In this document: piece after piece, positions 37,983 through 46,364 of the stretch
Layout: each line of letters opens with the position of its first letter
How positions within the stretch are numbered: the first letter of the stretch is position 1
Assembly (NCBI GenBank): GCA_963809615.1
Contig: CAWEKR010000005.1
Location: 55,865-119,864, forward strand
Reading direction: 5' to 3'
From: an uncultured Chloroflexia bacterium
Lineage (GTDB): Bacteria; Chloroflexota; Anaerolineae; Anaerolineales; UBA4823
DNA length: 64,000 bases
Made by a program: the position numbers and the translations under genes
Notes under the pieces: model-generated
Databases searched by the model: none
What the model was told of the DNA's origin: nothing
Seen by the model: the letters and a program-made list of their open reading frames with translations, nothing else

Positions 37983-39134
37983 ATGTACTTTACACGAAAA
38001 GAACTCGAGAATATCGAAGACCAAAGCCTGGCGCTATACGGTATCCGCAGTAAAAACACCAAGGGGCGCAGCTACCCGGAGGAAGAACCCGAGTACCGCA
38101 CAGCCTTCCAGCGCGACCGCGACCGCATCCTGCATACCACCGCCTTCCGCCGCCTGGAATACAAGACCCAGGTTTTCATTAACTACGAGGGCGATTACTA
38201 CCGCACCCGCCTGACCCACGAGCTGGAGGTTGCCCAGATTGGGCGCACCATGGCCCGCGCCCTGGGTGCCAACCCCGAATTGACCGAGGCCATCTGCCTG
38301 GCCCATGACCTGGGGCACCCACCCTTTGGTCACAACGGGGAGGCCACCCTGGCGCGCCTGATGAAGGACCATGGCGGGTTCGACCACAACAAGCAATCCC
38401 TGCGCATCGTGACCAAGCTCGAGCAGCGTTACCTGGACTTCCCCGGCCTCAATTTGACCTGGGAAGTGCGCGAGGGTATCGTCAAGCACGAGTCGGAATA
38501 CGATGTCGCGGATGCGCGTGAGTACGACGCCGACCTGCGCGGGCACCTGGAAGCCCAAATCACCAATGTGGCCGATGAGCTTTCCTATACTGCCCACGAC
38601 CTGGACGATGGGCTGCGCTCGGGGATGATCAACACCCACATTCTCGAAGGACTCACCCTGTGGGAAATCCTGGTGGAAAGCATTAGCTGGCGCGGGCAGG
38701 TGTTGGACGACCTTTCACGGCACCGTATGATCCGCAACCTGATCGATATGGAAGTCAGCGACATGATCTACGCCACCGATAAGCAGCTGCGTGAGAGCGG
38801 CGTGCGCTCGGTAATCGAGCTGCAAAGCCTGCCCTATAACGTGGTCACCTTCAGTGAAGAAATGCACCAGCGCAACCGGCAGCTTAAGGATTTCCTCTAC
38901 TCCAACCTGTACCGCCACCACCGCGTGGTGCGAATGGCGGTGAAAGCCGAGCGCATCATTAACGACCTGTTCAAGGCCTACGTGCAAGAGCCGGCGATCC
39001 TCCCCAGCCACGTCCAGGAATGGACCCGGGAACGCGGCCTGGAGCGCACGGTTTGCGACTATATCGCCGGGATGACCGACCGGTTCGCCGTGGAGGAATA
39101 CCAAAAGCTGTTCGACCCGGTGATGAAACCCTGA
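37983..39134 (+). CDS. dGTPase-like HD-domain triphosphohydrolase
   Basis: FQRDRDRILHT, RLTHELEV, and the HD motif AHDLGHPPFGH. Confidence 0.9.
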   Translation: MYFTRKELENIEDQSLALYGIRSKNTKGRSYPEEEPEYRTAFQRDRDRILHTTAFRRLEYKTQVFINYEGDYYRTRLTHELEVAQIGRTMARALGANPELTEAICLAHDLGHPPFGHNGEATLARLMKDHGGFDHNKQSLRIVTKLEQRYLDFPGLNLTWEVREGIVKHESEYDVADAREYDADLRGHLEAQITNVADELSYTAHDLDDGLRSGMINTHILEGLTLWEILVESISWRGQVLDDLSRHRMIRNLIDMEVSDMIYATDKQLRESGVRSVIELQSLPYNVVTFSEEMHQRNRQLKDFLYSNLYRHHRVVRMAVKAERIINDLFKAYVQEPAILPSHVQEWTRERGLERTVCDYIAGMTDRFAVEEYQKLFDPVMKP

Positions 39135-39145
39135 TAGGATGTAAT

Positions 39146-39613
39146 ATGGAACAGGATATTTACTTAACCTCCGAAGGTGCTGAAAAGATGAAGGCCGAGC
39201 TGAAAGAGCTCAAAGGTCCAAAGCGGGATGAAATGGCCAGGCGCCTGCGCTCTGCCATCCAGATGGGCGACCTGTCGGAAAACGCCGATTACCATAAGGC
39301 GAAGGAAGATCAGGGGTTTATGGAGGGCAGGATCCAGGAGCTGGAGCATATCCTGAATAATGCCAGGATCATTGACGTCAGCGAAGGTCCGACCGGCATC
39401 GTGCAGGTGGGCTCGCGCGTCACCGTCCAGGAAGGCGACTATCCGGAGGAGACTTATTTCCTGGTGGGCGCCGCCGAGGCCGATCCGCGCAACGGCAGGA
39501 TCTCCAACGAGTCTCCCATCGGTAAGGTGCTGCTGGGAGGACGCGTGGGGGATGAAGTAACGGCGGTCACACCGGGCGGGGAGCTCAAGCTAAAAATTCT
39601 CAAGATCGAGTGA
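39146..39613 (+). CDS. greA: transcription elongation factor GreA
   Basis: I trimmed the track ORF to ATG 39146 (MEQDIYLTSEGAEKMKAELKEL). Conserved GDLSENADYHKAKEDQ is present. Confidence 0.93.
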   Translation: MEQDIYLTSEGAEKMKAELKELKGPKRDEMARRLRSAIQMGDLSENADYHKAKEDQGFMEGRIQELEHILNNARIIDVSEGPTGIVQVGSRVTVQEGDYPEETYFLVGAAEADPRNGRISNESPIGKVLLGGRVGDEVTAVTPGGELKLKILKIE

Positions 39614-39619
39614 CTAAAA

Positions 39620-39653
39620 AACGAGTGGATTGGTGTTGACCAATCCACTCGTT
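39620..39653. terminator. bidirectional intrinsic terminator
   Basis: AACGAGTGGATTGG-TGTTGA-CCAATCCACTCGTT has a 14-bp stem. It is flanked by A5 upstream and TATATTT downstream, and lies between convergent greA and the 364-aa gene. Confidence 0.75.
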
Positions 39654-39673
39654 ATATTTAAGGATAGAACGGC

Positions 39674-40768
39674 TTACTGCTTCTGCCAGATCGCCAGCTC
39701 GAGCACGAGAGAGTCGAAGTAGCTGTTCTCAGGCATGGATCCCTGCCCATAAGCCATATCCACCACGCGTGCCACCAGGCGCAGGGTGGCAGTCTCAAGG
39801 ATGGTCTGTCCGCCCGAGTTAGCCTGGAAAGGCTCGCCCTTGGCTTCCAGCTTCTGCCGGATAGCAGGGTCATTAAAGGCATGCGCGCTCATCAGCACTT
39901 TCGTCACCGTTTGGATGTCGTTCTTATCGAACAACCAGACTTCGAATGCAGTCACCTTCTTGGGCACACCCACACCGATGGTCTCGGAGATGCCCACCCC
40001 GCACTCACCTAGAAATTCACCCGAGGGGCTATCGATGCTGAAGGAGTCATCGAACAGGTCATCCCCGCCCTTATACGAGGCCATGAATTGGACCATGGGG
40101 GCCTGCTCAGTCGTCGCGGGTATATTGGTCCACTCAACCGGGGCGGTTTCTTCGGGGGAGGTCATGGGTGAAGTGGACACCATGGAGTCTGGGCGTTTGC
40201 GTCCCTGCAGCACGAAGTAGACCACGATCGCCGCGCCCACAAGCAGGGTGACCACGCACATCACAATCAGCAACGTGGTCAGGTTGGACCGGCCTTTTTG
40301 GGTTCCAGCAGCGGTTGGTGTGACCCCCGGAGCGGAGGTCTGCGCCGGTAGCGGAACGGTGGCAGAAACGGCGGCCGCATACTGGGTGATCAGGTTGGGG
40401 TCGATACTCCCCGGGCTGGACATTACTGTCGCCAATGTATCCGGTCCAAATTCACCCAGGGCGTCATATTCCATTTTGGCAGTGGCGGCATCCCCCGTGG
40501 CGCCATAGGAAATGATCGACATCTGCATCCACCAGACCTGATACTCTGGATGGAGGCTGGAGGGTGCGGCGTCGTACCATTGGACTGGCCACAGCCACCA
40601 GCCGAGAACGACCAGACCGACGATCAACCCCAATACTAGGCCGCCAATTCCCGTTACGAGCGGTCGTTTGGCATATTCCTGGATTACCACCGTCGCAGGT
40701 GGGTTCGTCTGAGGTTGGTCTGTTTGAGGCTGGTCTGTCTGATTTTGATCTATTTGATTTTGGTCCAT
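39674..40768 (-). CDS. hypothetical two-TM protein with N-terminal DQxQT repeats
   Basis: 364-aa ORF. N-terminus MDQNQIDQNQTDQPQTDQPQTNPP. Two hydrophobic helices at about aa 38-60 and 165-187. The roughly 170-aa C-terminal domain matches no family I recognise. Confidence 0.6.
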   Translation of the reverse strand: MDQNQIDQNQTDQPQTDQPQTNPPATVVIQEYAKRPLVTGIGGLVLGLIVGLVVLGWWLWPVQWYDAAPSSLHPEYQVWWMQMSIISYGATGDAATAKMEYDALGEFGPDTLATVMSSPGSIDPNLITQYAAAVSATVPLPAQTSAPGVTPTAAGTQKGRSNLTTLLIVMCVVTLLVGAAIVVYFVLQGRKRPDSMVSTSPMTSPEETAPVEWTNIPATTEQAPMVQFMASYKGGDDLFDDSFSIDSPSGEFLGECGVGISETIGVGVPKKVTAFEVWLFDKNDIQTVTKVLMSAHAFNDPAIRQKLEAKGEPFQANSGGQTILETATLRLVARVVDMAYGQGSMPENSYFDSLVLELAIWQKQ

Positions 40769-40927
40769 CTTTAATCTCCGAGCCTAAGAGTTTAATGGAA
40801 AGAAGTGTTGAAATTTTATGAAGATGGGTATACCGTTTCTAATTTTAGACGATAGTGATTAAAAATGCAACTATCTTTGACCATTACGTGTGGGTTGCAA
40901 GAGAAGTGCCAGAAAGGCATTATTATA

Positions 40928-40960
40928 GTAGAGATGTCCTAGTGGGGTTTGCGCTCTATT
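40928..40960. repeat. REP-like element, degenerate copy
   Basis: GTAGAGATGTCCTAGTGGGGTTTGCGCTCTATT retains the GTAGAG...CTCTA ends. Confidence 0.45.
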
Positions 40961-40976
40961 GTCATAGCGAAAAAGT

Positions 40977-41004
40977 TAGAGGCGCTCCAACTGAAGCGCC
41001 TCTA
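40977..41004. repeat. REP-like element, variant core (same variant as copy 5); terminator-like on the minus strand
   Basis: TAGAGGCGCT-CCAACTGA-AGCGCCTCTA has a 10-bp stem. On the minus strand it is followed by ACTTTTTCGC. Confidence 0.7.
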
Positions 41005-41304
41005 TGATAATGACCCTCCTGCTTTTACATTCCCACGTCCCCGCCACTGGCGATGGTCACAGTGACGTACGTGTTGGGATTGATTATGCATGTATATTAA
41101 CACTGCATAGTCCTCGAAACAGTCTGTTAAAGATTAATAATTGTGTGATTTTGGGCGGTTTTACCCCCTTTTTGAACCTTTTTTGTTTAAACCTTGCAAA
41201 ATTGTAAGGAATCCATTGATTAAACTGGTTGCCAGCGTGGGATAACCACTCTCAAATCCATGGGAAACAGGTGCGAATAAGTTCTATCATATCGATGACA
41301 TGGA

Positions 41305-41333
41305 GTAGCAGCACAGCGACGCTGTGCCCCTAC
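41305..41333. repeat. GTAG...CTAC-framed hairpin, possible third REP variant
   Basis: GTAGCA-GCACAGC-GAC-GCTGTGC-CCCTAC has a 7-bp perfect inner stem. Confidence 0.45.
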
Positions 41334-41409
41334 TCAGAGGAAATACCGGGATCAAGGACCCCAGCTACAAAGAAACCTGGAATCAGGGGGATTAAATGAT
41401 ACCGTGGAT

Positions 41410-41440
41410 AAAAAAGAGACGCCCCGGCGGGCGTCTCTAC
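41410..41440 (-). terminator. REP-like element copy acting as the intrinsic terminator of topA
   Basis: AGAGACGCCC-CGGC-GGGCGTCTCT has a 10-bp stem. On the minus strand it is followed directly by TTTTTTATCC, 40 nt after the topA stop. Confidence 0.8.
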
Positions 41441-41480
41441 AGCACAAAATAAATCAGGCTGGGATATATCTCCGTTTTGG

Positions 41481-43790
41481 CTATTTCTCTACTTCGGCGG
41501 CTTCTTCGACGGTCACCTGGTCGAGGGGGAACATCGTCTCGCAAGCCAGGCACTGCGCCTGGTTCTTGTTCGCCACCACCAGCATCCCGCCGCATTCGGG
41601 GCAGGGGTGCGCCAGAGGCAGCTTCCAGGAAGTGAAATCGCAGGCTGGGTAGTTGGCGCAGCCGTAGAACGTGCGTCCCTTACGAGTCTTGCGTTGCACG
41701 ATGTCACCCTGGTCCTTGGGGCAGGTAACGCCAATTTTTTCCAGCCAGGCTTCGGTATGCCGGCAGTCAGGAAAGCCGCTGCAGCTGATGAACTTGCCAT
41801 AGCGCCCCCAGCGGATGACCAGCTCCTTCCCACACTCGGGGCAGGCACGCCCGATCGGCTCGGGACCCATGTTCATCTCGGGCATCTTGATCTCGGCTTG
41901 GGCAACCTGTTCGGCGAAGGGTCCCCAGAATTCGCGGATCGAATCGACCCACGCACGCTTGCCCTCCGCGATCAGGTCCAGGTCTTCCTCCATCTTGGCG
42001 GTAAAACCATAGTCCACCACTTCGGGGAAGTGCTCGCAGATCAGATCGTTGACCAGGATGCCGGTCTCTGTGGGAGTGAGGCGCTTTTGGTCGCGCACCA
42101 CGTAGCCGCGCTGTTGGATGGTGCTCAGGATGGGTGCGTAAGTGGAGGGGCGGCCGATGCCGTATTCCTCAAGGATGCGCACCAGGGTGGCTTCGGTGAA
42201 GCGGGGTGGGGGCTGGGTGAAGTGTTGCTCGGGTAAAAGGCGCACCAGTTTCTGAGGCTGACCTTCGAGTATCCCGGCGGGAATGCGGGCATTCTCTTCT
42301 TCTTCATCCGCCACCTGGTCTTCATCTTTAGCTTCTTCATACACCACCAGGAATCCGATGAACTTGACCGTGGAACCGGAGGCGCGTAATAAATATTCAT
42401 GTGTGCCAGACTTGGCGGTCACTTCCACCGACAGCGTCTCAAAGACGGCAGATTCCATCTGGGAGGCCACGAAGCGCTGCCATACCAGCTGGTACAGGCG
42501 GAACTGGTCGCGGTTGAGGAATTCCTTGATCCCTTCGGGCTGGCGCATCACCGAGGTAGGTCTCACGGCTTCATGCGCTTCCTGGGCACCCTTGGCTTTA
42601 ACCAGGTACTTGGGTGGCTCAGGCGGCAGGAAGCTTTCTCCATAGCGTGCGCCAATGAACTCACGCGCTTCGGCCTGGGCAGTCTCGGCCACATTGGTAG
42701 AGTCGGTGCGCATGTAGGTGATCAAGCCCACTGCACCTTCTCCCAGGTCGATGCCTTCGTATAGCTGCTGCGCCAGTGCCATGGTGCGCCGGGCAGTGTA
42801 TCCCAGGCGGCGGGAGGCTTCCTGCTGCATGGTGCTGGTGATGAAGGGGGCAGACGGTTTTCTCCGCCTCTCGCCGTGCTTGATCTTCGAGATGGAATAG
42901 GCAGAGCGCTCCATATCCTCCAAAATGGGCTGGACTTCGGCCTGTTTTCCTAAAACGGGGTCGGCGTCGTCCATTTTAGCCAGCTTGGCGATGAAAGTAT
43001 CCTTGACCTTCTCCGGGCGCAGCTCGGCGGCAATCGACCAGTACTCGACCGGGTTGAAGGCATCGATCTCGCGCTCGCGCTCCACCACCAAGCGCAGGGC
43101 TACCGATTGGACGCGGCCGGCTGACAGGCGGCTGCGCACCTTGCGCCACAACAGCGGGCTGAGGTTGTAGCCCACCAAGCGGTCGAGAATGCGGCGTGCT
43201 TGCTGGGCATCCACCAGGTCCATATCGATTGCCCGCGGGTGAGCGAAGGCATCCGCAATCGCCGGCTCGGTGATCTCATGGAACACCACGCGCTGGGTGC
43301 GCTTCAGCTCAATCTTGGCCGATTCGAGCAGGTGCCAGGCAATCGCTTCGCCCTCACGGTCGGGGTCGGTCGCCAGGTAGATCTCGGCAGCTTCCTTCGC
43401 CAACGCCTGGATCTCCTTGACCACGGGGCGTTTCTCGTTGGGCACGCGGTACTTCGGGGCAAAGTCATGCTCCACATCCACCGAAAGCTGGGAATGCAGC
43501 AGGTCGCGCACGTGCCCGACTGAAGCTTTTACGGTGTAACCTTTACCCAAAAAACGGCCCACAGTGCGTGCCTTGGCAGGGCTTTCGACGATCACCAGTT
43601 TGCCCTTGCGGTTATCACCCTTCTTGGGGGCGATCATCCCGGCGTGGGCGGGGGTATTACCCATGCGGAACATGGTGGTCCCACATACCGGGCACGAACC
43701 CCGAGTAGCGGGGGTACCATTATTCGTATAGACCGGCTGTGGGTCGGTTATCTCACGTTTCGTGCGACATTTAACACAATATGCTTCCAA
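41481..43790 (-). CDS. topA: DNA topoisomerase I with an extra N-terminal zinc-ribbon
   Basis: TOPRIM KLVIVESPAKARTVGRFLG, an active-site region with YMRTDS, and three C-terminal Cys4 fingers. TTG start at 43790 with GGAGG 5 nt upstream precedes EAYCVKCRTK...CPVCGTTMF. Confidence 0.95.
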   Translation of the reverse strand: MEAYCVKCRTKREITDPQPVYTNNGTPATRGSCPVCGTTMFRMGNTPAHAGMIAPKKGDNRKGKLVIVESPAKARTVGRFLGKGYTVKASVGHVRDLLHSQLSVDVEHDFAPKYRVPNEKRPVVKEIQALAKEAAEIYLATDPDREGEAIAWHLLESAKIELKRTQRVVFHEITEPAIADAFAHPRAIDMDLVDAQQARRILDRLVGYNLSPLLWRKVRSRLSAGRVQSVALRLVVEREREIDAFNPVEYWSIAAELRPEKVKDTFIAKLAKMDDADPVLGKQAEVQPILEDMERSAYSISKIKHGERRRKPSAPFITSTMQQEASRRLGYTARRTMALAQQLYEGIDLGEGAVGLITYMRTDSTNVAETAQAEAREFIGARYGESFLPPEPPKYLVKAKGAQEAHEAVRPTSVMRQPEGIKEFLNRDQFRLYQLVWQRFVASQMESAVFETLSVEVTAKSGTHEYLLRASGSTVKFIGFLVVYEEAKDEDQVADEEEENARIPAGILEGQPQKLVRLLPEQHFTQPPPRFTEATLVRILEEYGIGRPSTYAPILSTIQQRGYVVRDQKRLTPTETGILVNDLICEHFPEVVDYGFTAKMEEDLDLIAEGKRAWVDSIREFWGPFAEQVAQAEIKMPEMNMGPEPIGRACPECGKELVIRWGRYGKFISCSGFPDCRHTEAWLEKIGVTCPKDQGDIVQRKTRKGRTFYGCANYPACDFTSWKLPLAHPCPECGGMLVVANKNQAQCLACETMFPLDQVTVEEAAEVEK

Positions 43791-43854
43791 AGTAAACCTC
43801 CTGATTCTTTACCAACAAAACTAAAGCCTTTCCAGATTCTAAATTAACATCTAA

Positions 43855-44964
43855 TTACGTTTCATAGGTCTCAGGTGCTTCACGCACAGCGACGTAGTTC
43901 ATCCCACCCACCTGGCGGACCATACCCTTCAGCTCCATCATCGCCAGGGTGGCTGAGACGGTCTCGATAGGCAGCTCCGCCTGGTTCCGGATTTCATCCA
44001 CGTGTTTGGGCTCGTGAGAGAGCAGCTTGTACAGGCATGACTTTACCGGGTCTGATGGCAGCGCCACGCGCACTGCCTGGTGCTCGGTGACCATGGTCAG
44101 GTTCAATGCTTCGAGCACGTCCTGAGGGCTGAGCAGCGGCTGGGCTCCGTCGCGGATCAAGCGGTTGGTACCCTGGCTCTGCGGGGCATTGATGTTGCCT
44201 GGCACGGCGAACACATCCCGCCCCTGTTCGGCGGCAAAGGACGCAGTGATAAGTGCTCCGCTGGTTTGCCCGGCCTCGATGATGATCACTGCCAGGGACA
44301 AACCGGAAATAATGCGGTTGCGCGGCGGGAAGTTAATCCCATCGGGCGGGGTTCCCAGGGCATAGTCACTCATCAGGGCGCCATGCTCAATGATCTGGGC
44401 TGCCAACCGTCGGTTCTCAGGCGGGTAGACCAGGTCGACCCCGTTCCCCAACACTGCCAGAGTGCGCCCGCCAGCATTGATGGCGGCCTGGTGGGCGATC
44501 GAATCGACCCCCCGCGCCATACCACTGACAATGGTAACACCGCTGCGGGCGAGGGTGGTGGCGACTTCCTCCGCCACCTGGCGTCCATAGGACGTCACGC
44601 GGCGGGTTCCGACGATGGCTACCGCCCATTCATCCTCCGGCTGCAGAGAGCTGCGCACGTACAAGACGGGCGGCGGCTGGTCGATCTCCTTCAGGTGGCG
44701 GGGGTATCCGTCGTCATCCCAGGTGAGCACTGCCGCCCCGAAAGACTGTATGCGCTCCCAAACCTGCTCCAGCGATACGCCTTTGCGCACACGCTGGAAC
44801 GATTCAACGACTTTGCGGCTGAGACCGGCATCAAGCAAGGCTTCAGGGGAAGCGTTCCAGGCAGTTTCCGCACTCCCAAATGCATCTAAAAGTGCCTTGA
44901 AGCGTACCGCTCCAATACCCTTGACCATATTGAAGCCCACCCAATACATGCGGGGGTCAAGCAA
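43855..44964 (-). CDS. dprA: DNA-processing protein DprA
   Basis: IVSGMARGVDSIAHQAAINAGGRTLAVLGNGVDLVYPPEN Rossmann-like core and a C-terminal winged-helix-like tail. Confidence 0.92.
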   Translation of the reverse strand: MLDPRMYWVGFNMVKGIGAVRFKALLDAFGSAETAWNASPEALLDAGLSRKVVESFQRVRKGVSLEQVWERIQSFGAAVLTWDDDGYPRHLKEIDQPPPVLYVRSSLQPEDEWAVAIVGTRRVTSYGRQVAEEVATTLARSGVTIVSGMARGVDSIAHQAAINAGGRTLAVLGNGVDLVYPPENRRLAAQIIEHGALMSDYALGTPPDGINFPPRNRIISGLSLAVIIIEAGQTSGALITASFAAEQGRDVFAVPGNINAPQSQGTNRLIRDGAQPLLSPQDVLEALNLTMVTEHQAVRVALPSDPVKSCLYKLLSHEPKHVDEIRNQAELPIETVSATLAMMELKGMVRQVGGMNYVAVREAPETYET

Positions 44965-44966
44965 GG

Positions 44967-45539
44967 TTAAGGCTCCTCTGCAAGCAAACCGGGGATGATA
45001 TGCACGGTAATCTCACGTTTATCCAGGTCAATCCGCTGTATAAAGACATCGGCGACCGGGATGAGCACCTCCGGACCGGTCTCTGGGCGCACGACCAACA
45101 CATCACTAGCACCAGTCTCAAGGATTTCAATAACCGGACCAATGGTCACGCCTTCATCGCTGATTACCGTCAGGTCGATCAGCTGGTGATGATAATACTC
45201 GCCATCTGGCAGGGGTGGGCGGTCTTCCGTGCGCACGTACACGATCTGGTTGCGCAATTCGCCTACCTGTTCGGGAGTGGAATATCCCTCGAAGGTAAGC
45301 AGCAGCCCTTCGTTGTGCGTTCGCCTTTTTACCAGCTTGAGCTCTCCGGTTGCGGGACCGAGGTAGAGGATATCCTGCGGCTGAAGGCGCTCGGGAAAGT
45401 CGGTATAGACTTCCATCAGGATCTCGCCATGCACCCCATGGGCATGGCGCAGCTTGCCCACAGCTAAATAGGCAGGCTCACCATTGCCCGGCGAGCCTGC
45501 AGCTTCCAACTGCGGCTTATTATGATAGCTGTTGCTCAT
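44967..45539 (-). CDS. rimM: 16S rRNA processing protein RimM
   Basis: VGKLRHAHGVHGEILMEVYTDFPERL and a PRC-barrel C-terminus. ATGA overlap with the upstream KH gene. Confidence 0.9.
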   Translation of the reverse strand: MSNSYHNKPQLEAAGSPGNGEPAYLAVGKLRHAHGVHGEILMEVYTDFPERLQPQDILYLGPATGELKLVKRRTHNEGLLLTFEGYSTPEQVGELRNQIVYVRTEDRPPLPDGEYYHHQLIDLTVISDEGVTIGPVIEILETGASDVLVVRPETGPEVLIPVADVFIQRIDLDKREITVHIIPGLLAEEP

Positions 45540-45772
45540 TGAGGATCTTCAACATCCAGGTAAGCCTGCTTTCCGGCTCGCGAAGCAGACACATTGAGCA
45601 GCAGGCGCATGGCATTTGCCACCCTCCCCTGGCGACCAATGACCCGCCCCATGTCTTCCTTGGCGACTTTCAGCTTCAGGTAGACTTTGGCACCGCGCTG
45701 TTCCTGGGATACCCGCACCTGCGTAGGGTCATCCACCAGCGAAGCGGCAATGAATTCGATCAGCTCTTTCAT
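45536..45772 (-). CDS. KH-domain RNA-binding protein (UPF0109 / KhpA-like)
   Basis: 78 aa with the GRVIGRQGRVANAMR GXXG motif. It sits in the conserved position between rpsP and rimM. Confidence 0.88.
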   Translation of the reverse strand: MKELIEFIAASLVDDPTQVRVSQEQRGAKVYLKLKVAKEDMGRVIGRQGRVANAMRLLLNVSASRAGKQAYLDVEDPQ

Positions 45773-45878
45773 AACTCACTCCTTAATCCCTGCGGCGACC
45801 GGTGCTCAGCAGAAATTGATTACTCCTGCCAGGCAGCTAACCGCACAAGGACATAACAGAGGGATAAAACGGAACAGC

Positions 45879-46226
45879 TTATTTGCGCTGGCTGGTTAGG
45901 GGGCTCAGCGTACGTGAATCCTGGGCAGTCTTGGCCTCTGCCATCAGCACCTCCAGCGATTCGCCGGCTTTGAAGCGCTCATAGCGCTCGGTCAAGCCGC
46001 TGGTTTTAAACAGCTTTACGACTGATTCACTGGGCTGGGCGCCCTTACTGATCCAATCGTAAATCCGATCCTCGTGCAGCTCGATCGTTCCAGGATTAGT
46101 GCGGGGATTATAGAACCCAAGGATCTCCAGGAAGCGGCCATCGCGCGGGTGTTCGATATCTGCAGCCACGATACGGTAACTGGGCTGTTTCTTTGCTCCT
46201 ACACGGCGTAAACGAATACGTACCAT
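45879..46226 (-). CDS. rpsP: 30S ribosomal protein S16
   Basis: MVRIRLRRVGAKKQPSYRIVAAD...GFYNP. Confidence 0.95.
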   Translation of the reverse strand: MVRIRLRRVGAKKQPSYRIVAADIEHPRDGRFLEILGFYNPRTNPGTIELHEDRIYDWISKGAQPSESVVKLFKTSGLTERYERFKAGESLEVLMAEAKTAQDSRTLSPLTSQRK

Positions 46227-46364
46227 TTTGAAACCAATCTCCTTCTATCGATGTATATTTTTAATATAGATTTCCTGGGTCACATGCCCGGTGAAATAGA
46301 AGGGGGCGCGGAAGGGACGCGGACCACCGGTATATTCCCAGACGATACGGGAGCTCCCATACCG

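Noticed and set aside
41004-41207. 67-aa plus-strand ORF, and a 29-aa minus-strand ORF (41002-41091), inside the long intergenic region.
   Set aside because: Neither has an RBS. The region is AT-rich with non-coding composition and both peptides have an implausible sequence. The region is retained only as a possible small-transcript locus in the findings.
94-41440. Whether the repeated hairpins could be a CRISPR array.
   Set aside because: The copies are kilobases apart, separated by genes and individually palindromic with degenerate arms. There is no regular repeat-spacer periodicity and no cas genes.
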